The notes beneath the pieces are model-generated. The model was not told where the DNA came from and did not search any database. It saw nothing but the letters and a program-made list of their open reading frames with translations. From NCBI GenBank assembly GCA_965119715.1, contig OZ221969.1:739620-779619 (forward strand): 40,000 bases of DNA. Reading direction: 5' to 3'. A program made the translations under genes and the position numbers. Shown here piece after piece: positions 19,840-28,515 of this stretch (positions are counted from its first letter, which is position 1; every line of letters begins with the position of its first letter). Source of the stretch: Lancefieldella sp. Marseille-QA0953 (lineage in GTDB: Bacteria; Actinomycetota; Coriobacteriia; Coriobacteriales; JAEZZM01).

Positions 19840-20682
19840 ATGGCAAATGATGAAGCGGTTGTAGGCGCAATTAAAGCAACAAGTCCCGTTGCTTTATCTC
19901 CTGCAGAAATTGAGGCAAAGGCTGAAAGCCTAGGTGTTGCTAAATCAAAAACATCAAGCGCTAAAAACTTTGTACTCGCACTTTTAGCTGGTGCATTTAT
20001 CGCTATGGGTGCAATGTTTTTCCTACTTATCACCTCTGATAAGGATTTACCTTTTGCAGTTTCTAAGGTAATGGGGTCTGTAGCCTTCGTTACAGGTCTT
20101 TATTTGGTTATCACAGCGGGCTCTGAGCTCTTTACTGGTGACTGCGTTATGGTTACCTCAGCTCTTGCCAAAAAGATTACTGTTCCTCAGATGTTAAAGG
20201 TTTGGGGAGTAGTTTGGCTTGGTAACCTTATTGGTTCTATCATTTTTGCTCTACTTTTATATTTTTCAAACTTTGGAGGCCTAAACGGTGATTTAGTAGC
20301 ACAAAATGCAATCAACGTTGCTGCTTCTAAGTCACAGCTTGGTCTTGTACCAATGTTTTTCAAGGGCATTCTTTGTAACATCTTAGTTTGCTTTGCAGTA
20401 TGGTGCTCATTTGGTGCTAAGTCTACTGCAGACAAGCTCTTAAGTGTTCTTCTCCCAATCGCTGCCTTTGTTGCTTGCGGATTTGAGCACAGTGTTGCAA
20501 ACATGTTCTTCTTAAACTATGGCTTTATTGAGCAAATGATGACCGGTCTTGTTCCTGCTAGTGGTAACTTGATTCAGCTTAGTGGCATAATTACAAACCT
20601 TGTAGTTGTAACCATTGCAAACGCAATTGGTGGTGGCTTCTTTGTAGCTTGTGCTTACTACTTCTGCTATCACAAGGACTAA
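19840..20682 (+). CDS. focA: formate channel, formate/nitrite transporter (FNT) family
   Basis: 280 aa with the FNT signatures GSELFTGD, GILCNILVCFAVW and ACGFEHSVANMFF. Confidence 0.88.
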   Translation: MANDEAVVGAIKATSPVALSPAEIEAKAESLGVAKSKTSSAKNFVLALLAGAFIAMGAMFFLLITSDKDLPFAVSKVMGSVAFVTGLYLVITAGSELFTGDCVMVTSALAKKITVPQMLKVWGVVWLGNLIGSIIFALLLYFSNFGGLNGDLVAQNAINVAASKSQLGLVPMFFKGILCNILVCFAVWCSFGAKSTADKLLSVLLPIAAFVACGFEHSVANMFFLNYGFIEQMMTGLVPASGNLIQLSGIITNLVVVTIANAIGGGFFVACAYYFCYHKD

Positions 20683-20733
20683 GGTTTTGAATTATTTTCA
20701 ATTGTTTTATGCCAATTGATAACAATGTCCAAA

Positions 20734-20775
20734 ATACCTCAGATGAGTGTTACGCTTCATCTGGGGTATTTTTTT
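20734..20775 (+). terminator. rho-independent terminator closing the FHL operon
   Basis: ATACCTCAGATGA (20734-20746) pairs with TCATCTGGGGTAT (20757-20769) as a 13-bp stem with one G-U pair. A T7 run follows. Confidence 0.8.
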
Positions 20776-20776
20776 A

Positions 20777-20782
20777 TATAAT
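20777..20782 (+). promoter_or_regulatory. candidate -10 box (TATAAT) for the C39-like peptidase gene
   Basis: A perfect TATAAT lies 23 nt upstream of the ATG at 20806, with an AAGGA ribosome-binding site in between. I found no convincing -35 box. Confidence 0.3.
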
Positions 20783-20805
20783 CCGTGCTATATCGATAAG
20801 GAATT

Positions 20806-21834
20806 ATGCAAAAAAGCAGTAGAACAAACAAAAGAGGACAGAGAAGACATCATCGCCCACAAGAGCAGTATTCTCGTGAGCGTTATCTAGCTGCGCTTAA
20901 AGCCAAAAGGCAGGCAAATACCCGCCGCGGTATTCTAATTGTCCTCGTAGCTCTTGTACTTATTGCTCTACTTGCATTTGGCCTTTTTAAACTTGCAGGC
21001 AATATCTTTCATACAAAACCTGAGTATTTATCAGAAAAGCCAGCGCTTGGTAAAATTGTAGATAAGCCTGAAGAAAAAACGCCAATTATCCCTATGAGCT
21101 ATGAGACAAAGTACGGGGTAATTGATACTGAAGACTATGATTATGAGCGGGCGCAAAATATGGGTTCAGAAGATCCTATTTTAGAGCTTCAAACTATTTT
21201 AAAAAATCCTGAAAACTATCCAGAGCACCTCTTAGAAAAAGTGGCAACCAATCCTGAATCCTTGCACTTTGTCTATGACTACACTCAGAAAAAAGGCAGT
21301 GAGCCAGCAACAACACTTGGCAAGCCTCTATTAGTAAACAACAACATCCCGCTTCTTTTGCAGTTTGATGAGAGGTGGGGCTATACCATCTATGGCGATA
21401 GAGAGCTGGCAACATCAGGATGTGGCCCTACGACGCTCTGTATGGCCTACAGCGGGCTTACCGGAAAAACCGACCAGACACCTGCAAGCATTGCAAAACT
21501 AGCTCAAGACGCAGGCTATTACACCTCAGAGGGTAGTAGTTGGGAGATAATGAGCACAGGTGCTAATAAGTTGGGTCTTTCTTCCAAACAAATCCCTGTG
21601 AGCAAAAAGAACTTTAAGACAGAACTTGCAAAAGACCGGATAATCATCTGTTCAATGCGCCCGGGTGACTTTACCTACATTGGGCACTTTATTATTCTGA
21701 GCGATGAAACTGCAGACGGGCTTCTTGTTATAAATGATCCAAACAGTTTAAAGCGCTCTCAGACGCTTTGGACCTATGATGTAGTTTTACCTCAAATCAA
21801 AGCTGCATGGAGTATTGGTAAATCTCAAAAGTAA
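20806..21834 (+). CDS. membrane-anchored C39-like (papain-fold) cysteine peptidase domain protein
   Basis: 342 aa: a basic N-terminal tail, one TM segment (GILIVLVALVLIALLAFGLF), then a C39_2-like domain with a candidate catalytic Cys (SGCGPTTLCMAY) and His (IGHFIIL). Confidence 0.65.
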   Translation: MQKSSRTNKRGQRRHHRPQEQYSRERYLAALKAKRQANTRRGILIVLVALVLIALLAFGLFKLAGNIFHTKPEYLSEKPALGKIVDKPEEKTPIIPMSYETKYGVIDTEDYDYERAQNMGSEDPILELQTILKNPENYPEHLLEKVATNPESLHFVYDYTQKKGSEPATTLGKPLLVNNNIPLLLQFDERWGYTIYGDRELATSGCGPTTLCMAYSGLTGKTDQTPASIAKLAQDAGYYTSEGSSWEIMSTGANKLGLSSKQIPVSKKNFKTELAKDRIIICSMRPGDFTYIGHFIILSDETADGLLVINDPNSLKRSQTLWTYDVVLPQIKAAWSIGKSQK

Positions 21835-21907
21835 ACTCTTAATAATTTACAAGCTGGATACAATAGACGTATGGAATCTATTGGATCTTAGTTTGAAGGG
21901 ATGAGAC

Positions 21908-22642
21908 ATGTCTCAGTATGGCCTTACGTGGCTCCCACAAGAAGCACTCGCGTTAATTTCTAAGTCACTTGCTCCAGACTTTCTCTTTATTTCTTCTGAT
22001 GACTTTATTAGCTCAAATGCTAAGCATCGTTTTGAAAAGCGCACTATTGACTCGTATGTTTCAGTACATGCGCCTCTTGACCTCTATTCTCGTATTTATG
22101 ATAAACCTGTTCAAAGCGCACTTCCTGAGGCAGAAGAGCTTCAAAAGCTGCTTCCTCAAATAGTTGAGTCCATTCAGCGTGCGGCAGAACATGGAGCAGA
22201 TGCAATAGTAGTACTTGATAATATCAGCTCAGTTGACGGGCCAATTGTAAGCCCTATGCAGGTGGTAGAAACCTTAATGCCTATGTATGAACAGATTGTT
22301 TTACATATAAAAGAGCTGGGTCTTCCTGCAATATTTTCTTCTCAAGGTGATATTCACGAGTACTATAGCGGGCTTAAAAGCGCTGGTTTTGACGGTGTAC
22401 ATATTGCACACCAAAGCGAAGACGAGCTTATAAGTATGCTTGATCATGCGCATAAATTTGAACTCAATGCCTATGGTGGTATACCTTCAGAAATTTTGAG
22501 CGATGAGGACCTGGCCACCTATATTGCACGCCTTAAAGAGATTGCATCTGAATACCCTGAACTTTCTATTTGTGATACCGGGTGCTTAGAAACCTATAAA
22601 CAGGCTGAACAAGCTGTACATATTTTGCAGGAGTTAAAATAA
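21908..22642 (+). CDS. hypothetical protein, short URO-D (uroporphyrinogen decarboxylase/MtaA)-like TIM-barrel fragment-type protein
   Basis: 244 aa. AEHGADAIVVLDNISSVDGPIVSPMQVVETLMPMYEQIV...GLPAIFSSQGD resembles the central URO-D family pattern, but the protein is ~100 aa shorter than URO-D. Its stop overlaps the murI start (TAATG). Confidence 0.4.
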   Translation: MSQYGLTWLPQEALALISKSLAPDFLFISSDDFISSNAKHRFEKRTIDSYVSVHAPLDLYSRIYDKPVQSALPEAEELQKLLPQIVESIQRAAEHGADAIVVLDNISSVDGPIVSPMQVVETLMPMYEQIVLHIKELGLPAIFSSQGDIHEYYSGLKSAGFDGVHIAHQSEDELISMLDHAHKFELNAYGGIPSEILSDEDLATYIARLKEIASEYPELSICDTGCLETYKQAEQAVHILQELK

Positions 22643-23520
22643 TGCCTCAATTTTTACATGGACCAATTGGTGTCTTTGACTCAGGACTTGGCGGCCTTAC
22701 CGTTGCCAAAGAAATTCATAAGGCACTTCCCTATGAAACCTTAGTTTATTTAGGAGATACCGCCCGCTGCCCCTACGGCCCAAAAGATCAATCAGAGGTT
22801 GCTGAGTATGTCTATCAAATCGCAAGTTTTTTGAGCAAAAGAAAGGTCAAGCTAATTGTTATTGCCTGCAACACTGCAACTGCAGCAGGCCTAAAACTTG
22901 CTCAAAAAAGTTTTCAAGTGCCCGTTATAGGAGTAGTGGTTCCGGGTGCAGAAGCTGCAATCAAAACTTCAAAGCGCAGACGCATTGGCGTTATTGGAAC
23001 TGAAGGAACCATTAAATCAGGCGCATATGAAAAGGCAATTTTATCGCTTGATGCGGGTGCTCACGTGATGTCTAAGGCTACTCCTGAGTTTGTCAAGATG
23101 GTAGAAGACAATATGGCAACGCGCTATAACCCAGAAACCCATTCGATTGATCTGAGTGATGACGAGAAGAAAATTGTCAAAGAATACCTAGTAGATTTTC
23201 TCACTGAAGACATTGATACCTTAGTACTTGGCTGCACCCACTTTCCACTTTTGCAGTCTGCAATTCAAGAGGTGCTTCCGGCTGTAGAAATTATTTCTTC
23301 TGCAAAAGAGACCGCACGAGAAGTTAAAGAGACACTTACAAGGAGAAATAATCTTGCAAATTCTTGTGGCTGCGGGTTTATTGAGCATAACTTTATAACC
23401 ACCTCACCAGATACTCAAGCCTTTGCTCAGGCAGGAGCACATATCTTTGATGATCGTATTGATTCTGCTCAGTATGTAAGTGTTGAAGAACTTGAAGCAT
23501 TTTCAAAGAAAGGTGAGTAG
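22642..23520 (+). CDS. murI: glutamate racemase
   Basis: GVFDSGLGGLTV, the catalytic Cys motifs IACNTATA and LGCTHFPLL, and YLGDTARCPYGPK. Confidence 0.93.
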   Translation: MPQFLHGPIGVFDSGLGGLTVAKEIHKALPYETLVYLGDTARCPYGPKDQSEVAEYVYQIASFLSKRKVKLIVIACNTATAAGLKLAQKSFQVPVIGVVVPGAEAAIKTSKRRRIGVIGTEGTIKSGAYEKAILSLDAGAHVMSKATPEFVKMVEDNMATRYNPETHSIDLSDDEKKIVKEYLVDFLTEDIDTLVLGCTHFPLLQSAIQEVLPAVEIISSAKETAREVKETLTRRNNLANSCGCGFIEHNFITTSPDTQAFAQAGAHIFDDRIDSAQYVSVEELEAFSKKGE

Positions 23521-23527
23521 TAGAAGC

Positions 23528-24238
23528 GTGGAAAGATCATTTGAAAGAGATAATCGCAGCATGAGACCGGTAAGTCTTGAGCGTAATGTAATGAAAAACG
23601 CAATGGGCTCATGCTTAGTTAAATTTGGAGACACCCATGTACTCTGCAGTGCAACTATAGAAGAAAAAGTTGCACCTTGGCTTAAAGGAAGTGGTTCTGG
23701 TTGGGTCACTGCAGAATACGCAATGCTTCCTGCATCAACCGCTCAGCGTACTAGGCGTGAAACCAATGGTCAAAAGGGTAGAAGCCAAGAGATTCAGCGC
23801 TTAATTGGCAGGTCGCTTAGAACGGTTTGTAACCTTGAATATATGGGGGAGATTACCGTTACGGTTGACTGCGATGTGTTGCAAGCTGATGGAGGAACGC
23901 GTACGGCATCAATTACAGGAGCGTATGTGGCTTTACATGATGCATTAATGAAGTGGGTTGAGGCAGGTAAAATTTCTCGACTTCCACTTAATAGCCAGGT
24001 GGTAGCCCTTTCAGTTGGCATGGTTGATGGTGAGCTTATTATTGACCTTGACTATCCAGAAGATTCAAATGCAGAAATTGACATGAATGTGGTATATACC
24101 TCAAAGCATGAATTTATAGAGATACAAGGTACGGGCGAGCGCGTAAGCTTTTCTCGTAAACGTTTAAATGACATGCTTGATATGGCAGAACCAGAATTAC
24201 AAAAATTACTTGAACTACAGAAAGAGGTGCTTGATTAG
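23528..24238 (+). CDS. rph: ribonuclease PH
   Basis: MRPVSLERNVMKNAMGSCLVKFGDTHVLCSATIEE...GWVTAEYAMLP...EIQRLIGRSLR is collinear with Rph. I prefer the GTG at 23528 (after AAAGGTGAG); the ATG at 23561 is an alternative. The track start at 23480 would overlap murI by 41 nt. Confidence 0.88.
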   Translation: MERSFERDNRSMRPVSLERNVMKNAMGSCLVKFGDTHVLCSATIEEKVAPWLKGSGSGWVTAEYAMLPASTAQRTRRETNGQKGRSQEIQRLIGRSLRTVCNLEYMGEITVTVDCDVLQADGGTRTASITGAYVALHDALMKWVEAGKISRLPLNSQVVALSVGMVDGELIIDLDYPEDSNAEIDMNVVYTSKHEFIEIQGTGERVSFSRKRLNDMLDMAEPELQKLLELQKEVLD

Positions 24239-24239
24239 T

Positions 24240-24836
24240 ATGGCAAATCAAATAATTGTTGCGTCAAACAACGGTGGAAAGATTTTTGAGCTTCAACAGA
24301 TCTTAGGTGAGGCGCTCGACGCAAACATCGTAAGCGCTGCAAGTGTGGATGCAGAGTATGAAGCTGCAGAAGAAACTGAAACCACCTTTTTAGATAATGC
24401 GCTTTTAAAGGCTCGTCATGCCTATGAGCATTTTAAGGCACCTGTTATTGCTGATGATTCAGGCCTTGAAGTTATAGCTTTGGGTGGAGAGCCTGGAGTG
24501 CTTTCTGCTCGCTATAGTGGAGACCATGATGATGAGGCTAATAACGAGAAGCTCTTAAAGAACTTGTCTGAATACCACGGTAAAGAAGAGCGTAAGGCTC
24601 GCTTTGTATCTGTGGTTGTATACATTGATGCAGATGGTAATGAGTTTGTAGGAGAGGGAGATTGCGAAGGCTACATTGCAGATGAAGCTCGTGGTCAAAA
24701 CGGCTTTGGTTATGATCCACTCTTTGTGGCAAACGCGTATGACCCAAAAACTTTTGCAGAAGTATCAGATGAAGAGAAAAATAGCGTAAGCCACAGATCT
24801 GAGGCAATCCAAAAACTTAAAGAGACTATTAAGTAA
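24240..24836 (+). CDS. rdgB: non-canonical purine NTP pyrophosphatase (dITP/XTP), RdgB/Ham1 family
   Basis: MANQIIVASNNGGKIFELQ..., DDSGLEV and GQNGFGYDPLF. The ATG at 24240 lies 1 nt after the rph stop. The track start at 24168 lies inside rph. Confidence 0.9.
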   Translation: MANQIIVASNNGGKIFELQQILGEALDANIVSAASVDAEYEAAEETETTFLDNALLKARHAYEHFKAPVIADDSGLEVIALGGEPGVLSARYSGDHDDEANNEKLLKNLSEYHGKEERKARFVSVVVYIDADGNEFVGEGDCEGYIADEARGQNGFGYDPLFVANAYDPKTFAEVSDEEKNSVSHRSEAIQKLKETIK

Positions 24837-24851
24837 AAACTCTTTAAAGGA

Positions 24852-25589
24852 TTACTTCCAGTAATCATCATCTTTGCGCTTTGAGCTCTGGTCTTTATCG
24901 GCAAGGTTTTCAACCTCGATAGGATCAGAGTTTTCTTTATGATCTGGCATATTAGTAAAGGTCCAAGATTTGTGCATGTAGTTATGGTTAGCCTCAAAGT
25001 CGTTTAAAGACTTGCGCTCCATAAAATCAGTTACATCATACTGGTTGAGCATGGTTTTTACTCTGATTGATAACCTCCTCATTGACATACCTGAAAGCAC
25101 AAAGAGGATACCTATAAATATCAGCGCAAGGCCACCCACTGACATAATAAGGTTTAAGCTTTGGTGGGTGTTAAAGAGGATGACAAGCCCTAATATACCA
25201 AGCAAGAAGGCAGATATTACAGGAAGCGCGCCCAATCTGGTAAAGCGTTTAATTAAGAGTAAGAGCACACCTCCAAAAAAGCCAAAAAAGCTTAAGGAAA
25301 TACCAAGGACTCCAAGCGCAAAGCTTGCAGAGCCTTCCGGCATAAAGATTAAAATAAGGCCAAGCACTACAAGGATAAAACTCATAAGCTCGGTGGAACT
25401 TTTTGACTGTATGCTTCTTATAAAACTGATTACACCACCGGAGACAAACAGTCCTCCTATGAGTGCCATAAATCTGGGTGCTAAGCTGTCTGGCGCAAGC
25501 AGACCAAAAATACCGAGTGCAATGCTTAAGACGCCTATTATGACAAGCACAATCCAGTTTTTTGAAATCATTTGAGCAAAACGTTCCAT
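24852..25589 (-). CDS. integral membrane protein, HdeD/DUF308-like repeats with an acidic/basic C-terminal tail
   Basis: 245 aa with ~6 predicted TM helices rich in G/L/I/F (GIFGLLAP..., LIGGLFVSGGVISF...). The function is not inferable. Confidence 0.5.
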   Translation of the reverse strand: MERFAQMISKNWIVLVIIGVLSIALGIFGLLAPDSLAPRFMALIGGLFVSGGVISFIRSIQSKSSTELMSFILVVLGLILIFMPEGSASFALGVLGISLSFFGFFGGVLLLLIKRFTRLGALPVISAFLLGILGLVILFNTHQSLNLIMSVGGLALIFIGILFVLSGMSMRRLSIRVKTMLNQYDVTDFMERKSLNDFEANHNYMHKSWTFTNMPDHKENSDPIEVENLADKDQSSKRKDDDYWK

Positions 25590-25599
25590 ATATCAATCC

Positions 25600-26049
25600 T
25601 TATAAATCTGCGCTATCAAGCCACAGTGTAAATGGTCCATCATTTTCTAGTTCTACCTGCATGTATGCCCCAAACTCGCCGGTCTTAACGTCTGGAAAAT
25701 CAACGCGTGCACGCTCAACAAATTTCTCATATAAATCATTTGCTAGATTTGGCTTTGCTGCAGGGGTAAAACTTGGGCGATTTCCCTTTTTCATTGAAGC
25801 GTACAAAGTAAACTGAGACACTACCAAAAGGTTGAAGCCCTCAATATCTTTTGCAGAAAGATTGGTTTTGCCCTCATCGTCTTCAAAAATGCGCATCTTA
25901 GAAATTTTGTTCCAGATTTTATCAAGCTCAGCTTCCGTGTCGTTTTCACCCACGCCTAAAAAAATAAGAAGGCCTTTATTGATTTGGGACACCTTCTTGT
26001 TTTCAATTGTGACGCTTGCATGATTTACACGCTGAATAAGTGCTCTCAC
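25600..26049 (-). CDS. dtd: D-aminoacyl-tRNA deacylase
   Basis: 149 aa containing [15 protein letters not shown] and NDGPFTL, the hallmark Dtd motifs. Confidence 0.92.
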   Translation of the reverse strand: MRALIQRVNHASVTIENKKVSQINKGLLIFLGVGENDTEAELDKIWNKISKMRIFEDDEGKTNLSAKDIEGFNLLVVSQFTLYASMKKGNRPSFTPAAKPNLANDLYEKFVERARVDFPDVKTGEFGAYMQVELENDGPFTLWLDSADL

Positions 26050-26119
26050 TATGTTCGCCGTCCTTTCAAAGTTGTATAGTGCTTAGCTGTCTGTCAATTA
26101 AAGAGGGTGTTTAGTTTAT

Positions 26120-26428
26120 ATGTTTGACATAAGCGTTTCAGAGTTTTTTGAAATCTTATTTATTGTTGGTTTTGCCTTTGCCTGGCCATCTTCAATTTAT
26201 AAATCACTTAAATCTAAAACAGCTAAAGGCAAGAGCATTGTATTTTTGTTAGTTGTTCTCTTTTCTTATGTCTGCGGCATTATCTCAAAACTTACCGCTG
26301 ATCACGTGAGCTTTATTGTTGGATTTTATGCCTTTAATACGATGCTGGTGTTAACTGATACCATTTTGTATTTTATAAACTCAAAGCGCGATAGGCAGCG
26401 TGAAGCTAATGAGAAGCTTCGCGGGTAA
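26120..26428 (+). CDS. small 3-TM membrane protein (PQ-loop/SemiSWEET-like topology; function unknown)
   Basis: 102 aa with three hydrophobic segments. WPSSIYKSLKSKTAKGKS after TM1 resembles the PQ-loop position but lacks the PQ dipeptide. Confidence 0.45.
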   Translation: MFDISVSEFFEILFIVGFAFAWPSSIYKSLKSKTAKGKSIVFLLVVLFSYVCGIISKLTADHVSFIVGFYAFNTMLVLTDTILYFINSKRDRQREANEKLRG

Positions 26429-26442
26429 GTATTTGGCGGCCC

Positions 26443-26919
26443 CTAAAAGTTTTCAAGCGTTTGCTCATCCATACGATAAATAATCCACTCAGACTGAGGG
26501 CGCGCACCTTGAGACTCGTAAAAATTGCGAGCGTTGGTATTCCAGTCAAGACACCACCACGCAAGTCTGCCGCATCCTCGCTCATGTGCAATGCGTGCTA
26601 CCTCGTGTAAGAGCGCTTTACCAACGCCTTTGCTGCGGTAGTCTTCAAGTACAAAAAGCTCTTCAAGGTGTATGCCTGGCTTAGCTACAAAGGTAGAAAA
26701 GTTAGGGTAGAAAAGGGCAAAGCCTACTTCTTTATTGTCAAGCACTGCAAAAATAACTTCTGCTACCTTTTTCTCAAAAATAAGCTCATGCATGTTTTCT
26801 GGACTTGCATTGCACTCATCAGTCATTTTTTCATACTCGGCCATTTTCCAAATAAAGTCAGAAATAAGCTTTGCATCACGTGGATCTGCTTTTCTAAATG
26901 TGATTTCAGGCATACTCAT
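26443..26919 (-). CDS. GNAT family N-acetyltransferase (diamine/SSAT-like)
   Basis: 158 aa with motif A (YRSKGVGKALLHEVARIA) and a C-terminal NARNFYESQGA. Confidence 0.8.
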   Translation of the reverse strand: MSMPEITFRKADPRDAKLISDFIWKMAEYEKMTDECNASPENMHELIFEKKVAEVIFAVLDNKEVGFALFYPNFSTFVAKPGIHLEELFVLEDYRSKGVGKALLHEVARIAHERGCGRLAWWCLDWNTNARNFYESQGARPQSEWIIYRMDEQTLENF

Positions 26920-27026
26920 CGTTTTTTGACCCCCAATAGAAGTAATTTATCTTAAGCTCTTATATTTGTACTGATTTGTAGGATACTATGGATGCGTATA
27001 TTTTTACTAATAAAAAGGGGGCGTAA

Positions 27027-28112
27027 GTGGCAAAGAAAACTCCTTTGTATGATGCTCATGTGGCATTGGGTGCAAAGATGCAAGAATTTGCAGGCTATGA
27101 GATGCCTATCACTTATCCAAAGGGTATTACTCATGAGCACATGGCAGTGCGCGAGCGTGTGGGCCTTTTTGACGTATCTCATATGGGTGAGATATTTTTA
27201 CGAGGCCCTGAAGCCAAAGCAAAGCTTAATCTGCTGTTGAGTAACTCGTTTACCAAGCTTAAACCAGGAAGAATTAGATATACCCTCATGCTAAACGATG
27301 AAGGCACTATCATTGATGACCTCATCGTTTATTGTTATTCAGAACAAGAGTACTTGCTGGTAGTAAATGCAGCCAACCTTGAAAAAGACTTTGAGTGGCT
27401 CAAAAATCACATCACGCTTAATTGTGAACTAGATAATGAGTCAGCTGAGTATGGCCTTTTAGCACTCCAAGGTCCAAAGGCAAAAGAGGTGCTTTCTAAG
27501 GTGTGTGACGAGGATCTTTTGCCTGAGAAATACTACAGCTTTGTTGAGCTAGATATTCACGGTATTTCTTGCATGGTTTCTCAAACCGGATATACCGGAG
27601 AGTTTGGCTATGAGGTGTATTGCCCTGACTCTGCTGCCCAAGGCATTTGGGATCTTTTACTTAAGTCCGGAGAAGAGTTTGGCATTGAGCCCTGCGGTCT
27701 TGGAGCTCGCGATACGCTTAGACTTGAAGCTGCTATGCCACTTTATGGTCATGAGCTCACTGAAGAAATCAATCCGCTTGAAGCTGGTCTTCAATTTGCC
27801 GTCAAACTTGATAAGGATGACTTTATAGGAAAAGATGCGCTTGTTAGTGCAGGAGAGCCTGGTCGCGTGCGCGTTGGACTAGTTGCTACCTCTAAAGGAA
27901 TTGTAAGAGAGGGTGCAACACTTTTTGATGGCGAGAAAGAAGTGGGCTTTGTAACCAGCGGCACCCTTGCCCCATACCTTGATAAGGCAATTGCTATGGC
28001 TTACGTAGAAAAAGCATATGCAGAGCCTGGCCAAGCGTTACAAGCACAGGTACGAAAGCGCACTGTTGACGTTGAGGTTGTAGAACTACCATTTTATTCA
28101 AGAAAAAAGTAA
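27027..28112 (+). CDS. gcvT: glycine cleavage system aminomethyltransferase (T protein)
   Basis: TPLYDAHVALGAKMQEFAGYEMPITYP...GLFDVSHMGE...YTGEFGYE. The GTG start follows AAGGGGG. Confidence 0.93.
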   Translation: MAKKTPLYDAHVALGAKMQEFAGYEMPITYPKGITHEHMAVRERVGLFDVSHMGEIFLRGPEAKAKLNLLLSNSFTKLKPGRIRYTLMLNDEGTIIDDLIVYCYSEQEYLLVVNAANLEKDFEWLKNHITLNCELDNESAEYGLLALQGPKAKEVLSKVCDEDLLPEKYYSFVELDIHGISCMVSQTGYTGEFGYEVYCPDSAAQGIWDLLLKSGEEFGIEPCGLGARDTLRLEAAMPLYGHELTEEINPLEAGLQFAVKLDKDDFIGKDALVSAGEPGRVRVGLVATSKGIVREGATLFDGEKEVGFVTSGTLAPYLDKAIAMAYVEKAYAEPGQALQAQVRKRTVDVEVVELPFYSRKK

Positions 28113-28134
28113 GTAGATATAAAAGGAGATAAAC

Positions 28135-28509
28135 ATGAACTTCCCAAGTGAACTCAAATACACTAAATCACATGAGTGGATTAAAGAAGAAGACGGAAAA
28201 TATCTTGTTGGTCTTACCGAGTTTGCCCAAGATCAAATGGGCGGTATTGTATTTGTTGACCTTCCAGAAGAAGATGATGAGTTTTCTGAAGGAGAATCAT
28301 TTGCTGAGGCAGAGTCTGTAAAGGCAGTTTCAGAGATTTTCTCACCAATTGAGGGAAGTGTTGTTGAGGTAAATGAGGAGCTTGAAGATAATCCAGCCCT
28401 CATTAACGTGAAGCCTTATGAAGCTTGGATTGCAAAGTTTGAGGGTGAGCTGGTGGCAGAAGTCTTGGATTCAGAGGCTTACAAGAATTTCTGTGATACA
28501 GAGGCTTAA
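28135..28509 (+). CDS. gcvH: glycine cleavage system H protein (lipoyl carrier)
   Basis: 124 aa. YTKSHEWI and the lipoyl-lysine motif ESVKAVSEIFSPIEG. Confidence 0.93.
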   Translation: MNFPSELKYTKSHEWIKEEDGKYLVGLTEFAQDQMGGIVFVDLPEEDDEFSEGESFAEAESVKAVSEIFSPIEGSVVEVNEELEDNPALINVKPYEAWIAKFEGELVAEVLDSEAYKNFCDTEA

Positions 28510-28515
28510 AGATCT

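Noticed and set aside
23480-23527. Upstream extensions of rph (23480) and of rdgB (24168-24239) in the ORF track
   Set aside because: Both extensions overlap the preceding gene and add residues absent from the conserved N-termini. Internal starts with ribosome-binding sites fit better.
25012-25575. 187-aa plus-strand ORF antisense to the HdeD-like membrane protein gene (also 25249-25596 and 25562-25816)
   Set aside because: It is low-complexity and rich in K/P/S/T, which is the expected mirror of a hydrophobic gene. It has no ribosome-binding site and lies wholly inside a better-supported CDS.
26920-27026. Expected glycine riboswitch upstream of gcvT
   Set aside because: The region is only 107 nt and AT-rich. 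It has no recognisable conserved aptamer core, and no tandem-aptamer-sized structure fits.
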